From an uncultured Actinomycetota bacterium (lineage in GTDB: Bacteria; Actinomycetota; Actinomycetes; Mycobacteriales; SCTD01), in assembly GCA_963760125.1 (NCBI GenBank), contig CAVXBV010000007.1, forward strand, positions 577,613 through 641,612: DNA of 64,000 bases. Direction: 5' to 3'. A program made the position numbers and the translations under genes. Under the pieces are notes generated by a model. It did no database searches and had not been told where the DNA came from. It saw only the letters and a program-made list of their open reading frames with translations. Below are positions 48,479 to 57,266 of the stretch, piece by piece (position 1 is the first letter of the stretch; each line of letters begins with the position of its first letter).

Positions 48479-49537
48479 TCAGGGGTTGCCGCTCAGGACT
48501 TTCGCCAGGTCGAAGCGGACCGGGACGTCGAGCTGGTCGTACCCGCACGACGACGCGTCCCGGTCGGGCCGCCAGTTCTTGAACTGCGCGGTGTGCCGGA
48601 ACCGGGTGCCCTCCATCGCGTCGTACCCGACCTCGGCCACCAGCTCGGGGCGCAGCGGGACGAACGACAGGTCCTTGCCGTTGTTCCACCGGCTCCCTGC
48701 CGCCTGGTTGGGGTTGCGCTCCGGGACCGCGTCACCAGTCCAGGGGTGCGGGCCCTCCTCCAGCACGTACGGCGCCAGCTCGTCGATGAGCTCCTGACGG
48801 CGCGCCGCCGTGAACGACGCGGCGACACCGACGTGCTGCAGCGCACCGGTGTCGTCGTACAGCCCGAGGACCAGGGAGCCCACGATCGGGCCGGACTTGT
48901 GCAGGCGGTACCCGGCGACCACGACGTCGGCGGTCCGCTTGTGCTTGATCTTGCACAGGACCCGCTTGTCCTGGGCGTAGCCCTGGTGTGCGGGCTTGGC
49001 GATGACCCCGTCGAGGCCGGCCCCCTCGAACAGGGCGAACCACTCCCGCGCCACTTCCGGGTCCGCCGTGACGGGCGTGAGGTGGACCGGCGCCTCCGCA
49101 TGCTCCAGGGCGCTCTCGAGCAGCACCCTGCGCTCGGCCTGGGGGCGGCCGGTGAGGTCGTCGTCTCCGAGGGCCAGCAGGTCGAAGGCCACGAAGCTCG
49201 CCGGCGTCTCTGCCGCGAGCTTCTGCACCCGGCTGTCGGCAGGGTGAACGCGTTGGAGCAGCGCGACGAAGTCCAGGTGCCCACCGGCCTGGATGATGAT
49301 CTCGCCATCGACCACGCAGCGGTCCGGGAGGTTGTCCTTGAGCGCCTGGACCACCTCGGGGAAGTAACGGGTCAGCGGCTTCTCGTTGCGGCTGCCGAGC
49401 TCGACCTCGTCCCCGTCGCGGAACACCACGCAACGGAACCCGTCCCACTTCGGCTCGTAGAGGTACTCGCCCTCGGGGACGTCGGGGACGCTCTTGGCCA
49501 GCATCGGCTTGACCGGTGGCATCACGGGAAGCTGCAT
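48479..49537 (-). CDS. ligC: ATP-dependent DNA ligase (LigC type)
   Basis: ATG 49537. Adenylation motif I EPKWDGFR, plus DGEII, FVAFDLL, DGVIAK and the OB-fold C-terminus. Confidence 0.85.
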   Translation of the reverse strand: MQLPVMPPVKPMLAKSVPDVPEGEYLYEPKWDGFRCVVFRDGDEVELGSRNEKPLTRYFPEVVQALKDNLPDRCVVDGEIIIQAGGHLDFVALLQRVHPADSRVQKLAAETPASFVAFDLLALGDDDLTGRPQAERRVLLESALEHAEAPVHLTPVTADPEVAREWFALFEGAGLDGVIAKPAHQGYAQDKRVLCKIKHKRTADVVVAGYRLHKSGPIVGSLVLGLYDDTGALQHVGVAASFTAARRQELIDELAPYVLEEGPHPWTGDAVPERNPNQAAGSRWNNGKDLSFVPLRPELVAEVGYDAMEGTRFRHTAQFKNWRPDRDASSCGYDQLDVPVRFDLAKVLSGNP

Positions 49538-49612
49538 GCGCCCATCATGCCCACGGGTCGGCCTCCCCACGGCGGGGCGTGCGGCTTCTCGCTGCAGCGA
49601 CGGCGATCGTGC

Positions 49613-50833
49613 TCAGAAGACCAGAGGGCAGTGGGGGGCGCGACCTGACCAGCCGAACGCCACCGACGTTCGGGCGAGCGCTCCGGGCGTGACCTCGCGC
49701 ACGAAGCCGGCGGTCGCGCGATCAGCCAGCGACGTCCCTCCCAGGAAGGCCGCGCCGAGCTCGCGCACGTCGAGGGCCACGTCGGCGTCGTCCGAGGTCG
49801 ACGTACAACGCACGTCGTCGCCGACGGACGTCAGGCGCCAGCGCCCGGCGTTCCAGGGACAGACCTCGTCGGTGACGTCGAGCACGACGTCGAGGTCGGT
49901 GGCGTAGCGGCGGAGCGGCAGGGCCTCGGCCACCGACACCAAGCGCACCCACAGCCCGTCGCCCAGGCGGGCCTGCAGCCGGCGGACGTCGGTCACCAGG
50001 TGCAGCAGCGGCGAGTCCACCGGTAGGGCCCATGCCTTGACGGTGACCACGAGGTCGAGGTCGAGCAGGAACCGCCACAGCCGGGCCTCTGTCTGCGGAT
50101 CGGTGGCCACCACCTCGCCGACGGTGACGGAGCCGCCCGCGCCACCCGGGCCCCACTCGGCCTTGGTGCGGTAGAGCGCGTAGCCACGTTCACCGTCGAG
50201 AACCGCACGTAGGCTGGTCTGGCCACCGCGGACGCCCTCGTGGTCCATCAAGCGGTAGGCCCACCACTCCGGCGACCGCGCGAACCAGCCCGGCCGGTGG
50301 CTCAGCGCCGTGTCGTACGCCGGTCGCAGATCGTCGGCAGTGGGACTCACCATCACCCGGAGGCCGGTGGTGTCGACCGGCCGCGTGAACGTCGTGCCCC
50401 GTGCGATGGCCGCTCCGACCTGCCAGCTCGCCGGGCCGTAGCCGAACCTGCCGTAGATCCCCGGCTCGCTGGCCCACAGGGCGGCGACCGCGACGCCCCT
50501 GCCTCGGACGTCGGCAAGCTGCTGGGTCATGAGCGCGCGCAGGAGGCCCTGACGTCGGTGCGTCGACGCCACGCTCACCCACGTCACCCCGGCGACGGTG
50601 GCGGTCGTTCCGGGAAGCGACAGGGCCAGGGTGTGCCACGCGGCTGTCGCGACGACCTGGTCGCCGTCATGCGCACCGAGAGTGCATTCGGGGTCGAGCA
50701 GGCGCAGCTCGTGATCACGCGCCGTCGGGTCCGGGTCGGACAGGAACGCCACATCCACCGCGGTGTGCGCGGCCACGAGCTCGTCAGGGCGGAACGGGCG
50801 CAGGGGAAGGGTCACCGCCCGTAGTCTGCCCAT
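49613..50833 (-). CDS. Eis-like GNAT acetyltransferase with SCP2-like C-terminal domain
   Basis: ATG 50833. THRRQGLLRALM GNAT motif and about 400 aa three-domain architecture, as in enhanced intracellular survival proteins. Confidence 0.7.
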   Translation of the reverse strand: MGRLRAVTLPLRPFRPDELVAAHTAVDVAFLSDPDPTARDHELRLLDPECTLGAHDGDQVVATAAWHTLALSLPGTTATVAGVTWVSVASTHRRQGLLRALMTQQLADVRGRGVAVAALWASEPGIYGRFGYGPASWQVGAAIARGTTFTRPVDTTGLRVMVSPTADDLRPAYDTALSHRPGWFARSPEWWAYRLMDHEGVRGGQTSLRAVLDGERGYALYRTKAEWGPGGAGGSVTVGEVVATDPQTEARLWRFLLDLDLVVTVKAWALPVDSPLLHLVTDVRRLQARLGDGLWVRLVSVAEALPLRRYATDLDVVLDVTDEVCPWNAGRWRLTSVGDDVRCTSTSDDADVALDVRELGAAFLGGTSLADRATAGFVREVTPGALARTSVAFGWSGRAPHCPLVF

Positions 50834-50894
50834 CGACGAGGCTGCTGTCCGGACGCTTCGTCCTGTTGCGTCGTCCTGTGCCAAGGTGCCGGGC

Positions 50895-51665
50895 ATGTCG
50901 CCTTCCCGCCCCGTCGTACGTGGTCCCTTCGTCGACGCAGGATGGCTTTCACAACACCCAGACGCCGTGCTCGTCGACGTCCGGAGCGAGACCGCTTACG
51001 CAGCAGGCCATCTCGAGGGAGCTCGGCACCTTGACCTCGACCGCTGGCTCGCCGCACCCCCGACGCCGGAAGGGGGCAGGCACCCGCTACCCGACCCCGA
51101 GACGTTCGCCAGAGGAATGCGGCAGATCGGTCTCGGCAACACCGACGTCGTCGTGGCGTACGACGGGGATGGCGGGGTCATGGCGGCCCGTCTGGTCTGG
51201 ATGCTGCGCGTCACCGGTCACGCCGCGGCGCTGCTCGACGGGGGAGTCCCCGGCACGGACACCACGGTGGCGTCGTGGCCGGCGGGCACGTTCGCCGCTC
51301 GTCCCTGGCCGCCCGGCTCCCTCGCCACGATCGACGACCTGGCCGGCGCCCCTCTGCTCGATGCCCGGCCGAGGACGCGCTTCCACGGGCAGGACGAGAC
51401 CCTGGACCCGCGCGCCGGTCACGTCCCGGGTGCCGTCAGTGTCCCCTGCCGCGAGAACCTCGACAGCAGGGGCCGGCTGCTGGCCGACGACGAGCTCAGG
51501 GCGCGTCTTGCCGCGGTCGCTGACGGCTGGGTCTCCATGTGCGGCAGCGGCGTCACGGCCTGCCACACCCTGCTCGTCGCCGAGCACCTCGGTCTGCCGC
51601 CGGGCAGGCTCTACCCCGGCTCGTGGTCGCAGTGGGCGAGCACGTCTCGCCCGCTCGCTACCTGA
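50895..51665 (+). CDS. rhodanese-domain sulfurtransferase (thiosulfate/3-mercaptopyruvate type)
   Basis: ATG 50895. Two rhodanese repeats, with the active-site loop CGSGVTAC in the second. Confidence 0.8.
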   Translation: MSPSRPVVRGPFVDAGWLSQHPDAVLVDVRSETAYAAGHLEGARHLDLDRWLAAPPTPEGGRHPLPDPETFARGMRQIGLGNTDVVVAYDGDGGVMAARLVWMLRVTGHAAALLDGGVPGTDTTVASWPAGTFAARPWPPGSLATIDDLAGAPLLDARPRTRFHGQDETLDPRAGHVPGAVSVPCRENLDSRGRLLADDELRARLAAVADGWVSMCGSGVTACHTLLVAEHLGLPPGRLYPGSWSQWASTSRPLAT

Positions 51666-51897
51666 CCCGCGCGAAGCGGCGTACGCCTTCGCCCTCGGGC
51701 ACGGTCGCCCCGGTGGCCGGGTCGACCCAGCCCGCGAAGTCTTCCAGCGTGCGTACGGCGAAGGGGGGCCCATCGACCGGGTAGAGCGGGAGGTAGACGA
51801 CCGCCGTGCGCGCGTCGTCGTTGGCGTCGTGGCCGAGGCCGAGCACCAGGTACTCCGGCCCCTTCCAGTGGGCGTAGGTCCCCGGTTCGATCGTCAT
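51658..51897 (-). CDS. DUF1653-domain protein
   Basis: ATG 51897, 79 aa. YAHWKGPEYLVLGLG...VVYLPLY pattern. Confidence 0.65.
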   Translation of the reverse strand: MTIEPGTYAHWKGPEYLVLGLGHDANDDARTAVVYLPLYPVDGPPFAVRTLEDFAGWVDPATGATVPEGEGVRRFARVR

Positions 51898-51920
51898 GCG
51901 GCGCAGCCTAGGGTGAGCGG

Positions 51921-52313
51921 GTGAAGTGGCGACGAGCGTCCCCGTACCTGCTTGCCGGTCTGCTCGCCGGGGCGGGGGTGACCCACTTCGTGAAGCCCGG
52001 GTTCTACGACCCGATCGTCCCGCATGCGCTGCCCGGCCCGGCACGGGCCTGGACCTACGCCAGTGGGGTCGCGGAGCTGGCCGTCGCCGGGCTCGTCGCG
52101 CGACCCGCCACGCGGCGCAAAGGGGCCCTGGCGGCCCTGCTGCTGTTCGTCGCCGTCTACCCGGCCAACGTGCAGATGGCCGTCGAGGCACAGGGCACGA
52201 GCCAGAAGGCCTTCTCCTACGCCCGGCTGCCGCTCCAGTTCCCGCTGTTCGTCTGGGCGTGGAAGGTCAGTAGAGGCGCCCGTCGGACAGGGTCGCCCGA
52301 CCGATCTCGATGA
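51921..52313 (+). CDS. small DoxX-like membrane protein
   Basis: Track ORF with four hydrophobic helices. The family call is tentative. Its 3' end overlaps the convergent phosphotransferase gene by 47 nt. Confidence 0.5.
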   Translation: MKWRRASPYLLAGLLAGAGVTHFVKPGFYDPIVPHALPGPARAWTYASGVAELAVAGLVARPATRRKGALAALLLFVAVYPANVQMAVEAQGTSQKAFSYARLPLQFPLFVWAWKVSRGARRTGSPDRSR

Positions 52314-53313
52314 GCGGTGGCACGCGCTCGTCGTAGCCGTCGAAGCCCTCGCCCACCATGGCGCCGAACTTCACCCGCATGGCGATGCCGGCGCAGACGA
52401 CGGCGAGCTTGAAGAAGCCGAAGGCGACGTACCAGGGCAGGTCGGTGACGTCGAGGCCGCTGCGGTCGGCGTACCCGACCGCGACCTGCTCGCGGGTCAG
52501 GAACCCCGGAAGGGACGTCACGGCACCGACCGGGGCGCCGCCCTTGCGCATGTCGGAGTCCGACTCCTGCGCCCAGTAGACGAGCAGGATCCCGAGGTCG
52601 GCCAGCGGGTCCCCGAGCGTCGACATCTCCCAGTCGAGGACGGCGTTGATCCGGCCCACCTCGGTCGGGTGAAGCATGGTGTTGTCGAGCCGGTAGTCAC
52701 CGTGCACCACGGCATGGCGCTGGGTGGCCGGCATCGATGCCGCCAGGTCGGCCGCGAGCCGGTCCACCTGGTCCAGGCCCTCGATGCGGGTGGCATCCCA
52801 CTGCTTGCCCCAGCGCGTCACCTGGCGCGAGAGGTAGCCCTCGGGGCGGCCGAACTCCCCGAGGCCGGCGGCGAGGTAGTCCACGGTGTGCAGCCGGGCG
52901 AGGACGTCGACGAGGCCGTTGCTGAGCCGCTCCCGTTCGGCAGGGGACTCGGCGTACCCCGCGGGGAGGGCGTCCGTCACGATGTGACCCTCGACCCGCT
53001 CCATGACGTAGAACCGCTGGCCCAACACCTCGGGGTCGTCGCAGAAGTGCAGCATCCGCGGGACGGGGACCTCCGTCGAGCCGAGACCGGCCATGACGGT
53101 GTACTCCCGGCGCATGTCGTGCGCCGTGGGCAGGATCTGACCCAACGGTGGCCGTCGCAGGACGAGCGATCCGGCAGGGGAGTCGACCCGGTAGGTCAGG
53201 TTGCTCTTGCCCCCGGCGATGAGGGTGATCTCGGGGCTCTGCCAGGCGGGGTCGCCGAGGGCACCCACCAGGTAGGGCCCGACGACAGCGGGGTCGGCTC
53301 CAGCGACAGTCAT
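52267..53313 (-). CDS. phosphotransferase-family (APH/ChoK-like) protein
   Basis: ATG 53313. GGKSNLTY, VVHGDYRLDN (Brenner motif) and DWE. Confidence 0.8.
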   Translation of the reverse strand: MTVAGADPAVVGPYLVGALGDPAWQSPEITLIAGGKSNLTYRVDSPAGSLVLRRPPLGQILPTAHDMRREYTVMAGLGSTEVPVPRMLHFCDDPEVLGQRFYVMERVEGHIVTDALPAGYAESPAERERLSNGLVDVLARLHTVDYLAAGLGEFGRPEGYLSRQVTRWGKQWDATRIEGLDQVDRLAADLAASMPATQRHAVVHGDYRLDNTMLHPTEVGRINAVLDWEMSTLGDPLADLGILLVYWAQESDSDMRKGGAPVGAVTSLPGFLTREQVAVGYADRSGLDVTDLPWYVAFGFFKLAVVCAGIAMRVKFGAMVGEGFDGYDERVPPLIEIGRATLSDGRLY

Positions 53314-53347
53314 GCGCTGCAACCTAACCGCGCGGCCACCGGGCAGG

Positions 53348-54910
53348 ATGGGGCAGGTGAAGAAGTGGGTCGCGCTCGTGACGGCGCTGGTGGTGCTCGG
53401 GGCGGCGGGCACCCTCGTGGTCCGGCACCGGATGGAGCAGGCGCGCGAACGGGACCGCGCCGAGGCGCTGGGTGTCGCGACGCGCTTCCTGGCCGCCTGG
53501 CAGAGCGGCGAGTACGCCGCCATGGGTGCCCTCACAGCGCGCGACCCCGACGCCGGCGACTCCTTCGGCAACCTGCGGGAGCGGCTGGGGATCACGGCGA
53601 TCGCCGTGACTCCCGGCCGGCTCAACGGCGACGTGGTGCCGTACACCGCGACGGCCACGTTGCGCGGCCTGGGTGAGCTGACCTGGTCCTCGGACGTCCT
53701 GACCACCAAGACCAGCAAGGGCAGGCGAGTCGCCTTCCGGTCAGCCACCGTCTACCCAGGACTGCTCAACGGGCAGGTGCTCGACCGCTCCGAGCCGCTG
53801 GTCTCTCAAGGTGAGCTGACCGACCGGACGGGACGACCGATCCGCGCGGCGAGTCCTGACCTGGCGGCGAACGTCCTTGGCCGACAGGGAAAGGACCCGA
53901 CGGGTCTCGAACGCCTCTACGCCGACCGGCTCACCGGGACCAGCGGGGGGCGCGTCCAGGTCGTGGAGCGGGGGAGCGACCGGGTCGTGCGGGTGGTCAA
54001 GGAGTTCCCGCCCAAGCCCGCGGCTCCGGTGCGGACGACGCTCGACCTCGACGTCCAGCAGGCCGGCGAGCGGGCACTCGCTGAGGTGACGGGACCGGCA
54101 GCCCTCGTCGCGATCGACACCAAGACCGGTGAGGTGCGGGCGATCGTCAACCACCCCGTCGTGGGCGTCCCCACCGCCCTGCGCAGCGAGGCGCCGGGGT
54201 CGACCTTCAAGGTCGTCATCGCTGCCGCAGCCCTCACGAACGGCCTGAAGCCGGAGACGGTGATCGACTGCCCCGAGCAGGTCGTGTTCGGAGGGAAGGC
54301 GTTCCGCAACGACGAGCCGATGCCGTTCAAGATGACGTTCGAGCAGGCCTTTGCCCGGTCGTGCAACACCGCGTTCCTCACCCTCGCCGACGGCTTCGCC
54401 AAGGGGACGGCGACGAAGACCGCGGCGCTGTTCGGCTTCGGACGTGGCGATCTGCTCCCCATCGGAGGGGAGGGCGGTGAGGTCCCCCCTCCGGCCACGA
54501 CGTCCGAGGCGTACGCCGACATCCTCGGACAGGGACGGGTGGAAGCCTCGCCGCTGCTGCTCGCGAGCATGTCGGCCGCCGTCGCCTCCGGGGTGTGGCG
54601 GCAACCGCACCTCGTGGCCGGCGCGGCGCCGTCCAACGTCGTGACGTCACGGATCCTGCCGGACCTGCGTCGGCTGATGCGCGCCGTCGTGACGAGCGGC
54701 ACGGCGGCGGGAGCCGGCCTTCCCCCCGGGACCGCGGGCAAGACAGGGACAGCGCAGTACGGCACGACCCTCCCGCTGCCCACGCACGCCTGGTTCACCG
54801 GGTACCAGGGCGATCTGGCGTTCTGCGTCTACGTGCAGGACGGAGCCTCCGGGGGGCGGGTCGCGGCTCCGCTCGCCGCCAGCTTCCTGCGGGCGCTCCC
54901 GGGTGCCTGA
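53348..54910 (+). CDS. class B penicillin-binding protein with NTF2-like N-terminal domain
   Basis: TM anchor, N-terminal ATRFLAAWQSGEY domain, and transpeptidase motifs STFK, SCN, KTGT. Confidence 0.8.
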   Translation: MGQVKKWVALVTALVVLGAAGTLVVRHRMEQARERDRAEALGVATRFLAAWQSGEYAAMGALTARDPDAGDSFGNLRERLGITAIAVTPGRLNGDVVPYTATATLRGLGELTWSSDVLTTKTSKGRRVAFRSATVYPGLLNGQVLDRSEPLVSQGELTDRTGRPIRAASPDLAANVLGRQGKDPTGLERLYADRLTGTSGGRVQVVERGSDRVVRVVKEFPPKPAAPVRTTLDLDVQQAGERALAEVTGPAALVAIDTKTGEVRAIVNHPVVGVPTALRSEAPGSTFKVVIAAAALTNGLKPETVIDCPEQVVFGGKAFRNDEPMPFKMTFEQAFARSCNTAFLTLADGFAKGTATKTAALFGFGRGDLLPIGGEGGEVPPPATTSEAYADILGQGRVEASPLLLASMSAAVASGVWRQPHLVAGAAPSNVVTSRILPDLRRLMRAVVTSGTAAGAGLPPGTAGKTGTAQYGTTLPLPTHAWFTGYQGDLAFCVYVQDGASGGRVAAPLAASFLRALPGA

Positions 54911-55892
54911 CCTGCGAGGGGCTACCCGCCTCGTGGACCGTGAGCCGATCGTGCTCCCCGGCAGCCTCGTCGACGCGCTGGTACCCCCACCGGCCTTCGA
55001 GGGGGCGCGGTTCGCGACGTACCGCCCTGATCCGACGCAGCCGAGCCAGGCGGCCGCCGCGGCTGCCCTGGCGGCCTTCGCCGCACCGCCGACGCGCCCA
55101 CGGTTCGGTCGACGGGTGGCCGCCGCCCCGCCGGGGGTGTACCTCGACGGCGGCTTCGGGGTCGGCAAGACCCACCTGCTGGCCTCGCTCTGGCACGCCG
55201 CTGACGGACCCAAGGCCTACGCCACCTTCGTGGAGCTCACCCACCTGGTCGGTGCGCTCGGCTTCGCGGAGACCGTCGTGGCGCTGCGCGGGCACCGGCT
55301 GCTGTGCATCGACGAGTTCGAGCTCGACGACCCTGGCGACACCGTCCTGATCAGCTCCCTGCTCGGTCGACTGGTCGACGCCGGCGTTCGGCTGGCCTGC
55401 ACGTCGAACACACTGCCCGGGTCGCTGGGCGAGGGTCGGTTTGCCGCGGCCGACTTCCTGCGCGAGATCCAGGGACTCGCGGCCCACTTCACGCCGTACC
55501 GCGTGACAGGCGAGGACTACCGCCACCGTGGGCTCCCGCCGGCCCCCCAGCCACTGGCCCGCGAGGCCCTCACCGACCTGCAGCGCGAGGGTGCCTCGTG
55601 CGACGGCTTCGAGGCCCTCCTCGAGCACCTGGCCCGGCTGCACCCCAGCCGGTACGGCGCGCTGCTGGCCGGTCTCGACCTCGTGCTGCTCGACCGGGTC
55701 GTGCCGGTCAGCGACCACGCCGCGGCGCTGCGCCTCGTGGTGCTCGTGGACCGCCTGTACGACCGGGACCTCAGGGTGGCCTCGTCCGGCGTGCCGCTGG
55801 ACCAGGTGTTCACCCGCGAGCTCCTCGAGAGCGGCTACCGCAAGAAGTACCTGAGGGCGACGAGCCGTCTCACCGCTCTCGCTCGGCAGTGA
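54903..55892 (+). CDS. zapE: AFG1/ZapE-family ATPase
   Basis: Walker A GGFGVGKTHL, Walker B LLCIDEFELDD, then TSNTLP. Confidence 0.8.
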   Translation: MPDLRGATRLVDREPIVLPGSLVDALVPPPAFEGARFATYRPDPTQPSQAAAAAALAAFAAPPTRPRFGRRVAAAPPGVYLDGGFGVGKTHLLASLWHAADGPKAYATFVELTHLVGALGFAETVVALRGHRLLCIDEFELDDPGDTVLISSLLGRLVDAGVRLACTSNTLPGSLGEGRFAAADFLREIQGLAAHFTPYRVTGEDYRHRGLPPAPQPLAREALTDLQREGASCDGFEALLEHLARLHPSRYGALLAGLDLVLLDRVVPVSDHAAALRLVVLVDRLYDRDLRVASSGVPLDQVFTRELLESGYRKKYLRATSRLTALARQ

Positions 55893-55941
55893 ACCGCTGA
55901 GCCTTGGGCTGCGTAGGCACTCCTGAGGAAAGGGAGTCCGG

Positions 55942-56514
55942 ATGGCGGTGCTCGGTCGCGGGTCGGTCTCCTTGACGAGCCCACGCGCGCCGTCCCTCGC
56001 TGACGAGGAAGGCCTGCGCGCGGCGTACGACGCCCACGGGGCCGAGCTCTACCGGTTCGTGCTCCGGGGGCTGGCGGACCCGATGACGGCCCAGGACGTC
56101 GTGCAGGAGACCTTCCTGCGGGCGTGGCGCGCCGCGGACCGGTTCGACCCCGAGTTGGCCAGCCTGCGGGTGTGGCTGTTCGCCATCGCGCGCAACGCGA
56201 TGATCGACCAGGTCCGCACGTCAGGCGCGCGGCCGTGGCAGCGCAACCTGGTCGACCCGGTGACGGCCGAGGCCGTCGGCAGCGCGGTCGACGACGGCAC
56301 CGAGGCCCTTCTCCGTTCCTGGGTCGTCGAGGAGGCGCTCCAGCGGCTGTCGGTCGAGCACCGGTCAGCGATCGTCGAGACGCACCTGCGGGGACGCCCC
56401 TACGCGGAGGTGGCCGCCGATCAGGGCGTGGCCGTCGGTACCTTGCGCACCCGGGTTTTCTACGGACTCAAGGCGCTGCGCATCGCCATGGACGAGATGG
56501 GGGTGACCCCGTGA
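55942..56514 (+). CDS. ECF-type RNA polymerase sigma factor
   Basis: Region 2 DVVQETFLRAWRAADRFDP..LRVWLFAIARN and region 4 RSAIVETHLRGRPYAEVAADQGVAVGTLRTRVFYGL. Confidence 0.85.
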   Translation: MAVLGRGSVSLTSPRAPSLADEEGLRAAYDAHGAELYRFVLRGLADPMTAQDVVQETFLRAWRAADRFDPELASLRVWLFAIARNAMIDQVRTSGARPWQRNLVDPVTAEAVGSAVDDGTEALLRSWVVEEALQRLSVEHRSAIVETHLRGRPYAEVAADQGVAVGTLRTRVFYGLKALRIAMDEMGVTP

Positions 56515-57266
56515 CACCGGACGAGTCGCAGGCCGCCCAGCACCGTGAGCTGCGCGAGTTGCTCGGTGCGTTCCTGCTCGGTGGACTCGACCGGGACGAA
56601 CGCGTGTCCGTGCAGGCTCACCTCGACGGGTGCACCGCCTGTCGCGCCGAGCTCACCGAGCTGGCTGACCTGGTCCCGGCGCTGCGGGCGGTCGACCCGG
56701 CGCGTCTCGGCGACCCCGTCGTGGCGCCTGCCGCCGACCTGGGCGCACGCATCGTGGCGGCGGTGACCGCGGAGCGGCAGCTGCGGGACCGCAGGGTGCG
56801 GCTCGTCTCTCGCCGCCGAGCGTTGACCACGACGATGGGTGCCGCGGCCGCGGTGGCGCTGGTTCTCGCTCTCGGTATCGGCGTCGGACGGCAGAGCATC
56901 GACGCCCCAGCAGCCCTTCCCCAGCCCACGGCCACGGCCGTCATCCCCATGGAGCCGATCTCCCTGCGCAGCGATGTCCCCGGAGTCACCGTCGACAAGG
57001 CGGTCCTCATCCCGCACACCTGGGGCATCGAGGTCCGGTTCGTGGGCACCGGCTTCCTGCAGGGCGCCGACTACTCAGCCTGGGTCGTCGACCGCACCGG
57101 TGGCCGGACGCAGGCGGGGACCTTCGTGGGGGTGGGGCCCAAGACCCTGACGTGCAACCTGCAGTCGGCGCTGCTGCGCCGGGACGCCACGGAGTTCCTC
57201 GTCGTCGACACCCGGGGTCGCGTCGTGCTGGACGCCACCTTGCCGGCGACGCCGCTCAGCGGTTGA
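56511..57266 (+). CDS. zinc anti-sigma factor with RskA-like extracytoplasmic domain
   Basis: GTG 56511 forms a GTGA overlap with the sigma gene. HLDGCTAC (HxxxCxxC), one TM helix, and a C-terminal YSAWVVDRTGGRTQAGTF pattern. Confidence 0.8.
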   Translation: MTPDESQAAQHRELRELLGAFLLGGLDRDERVSVQAHLDGCTACRAELTELADLVPALRAVDPARLGDPVVAPAADLGARIVAAVTAERQLRDRRVRLVSRRRALTTTMGAAAAVALVLALGIGVGRQSIDAPAALPQPTATAVIPMEPISLRSDVPGVTVDKAVLIPHTWGIEVRFVGTGFLQGADYSAWVVDRTGGRTQAGTFVGVGPKTLTCNLQSALLRRDATEFLVVDTRGRVVLDATLPATPLSG

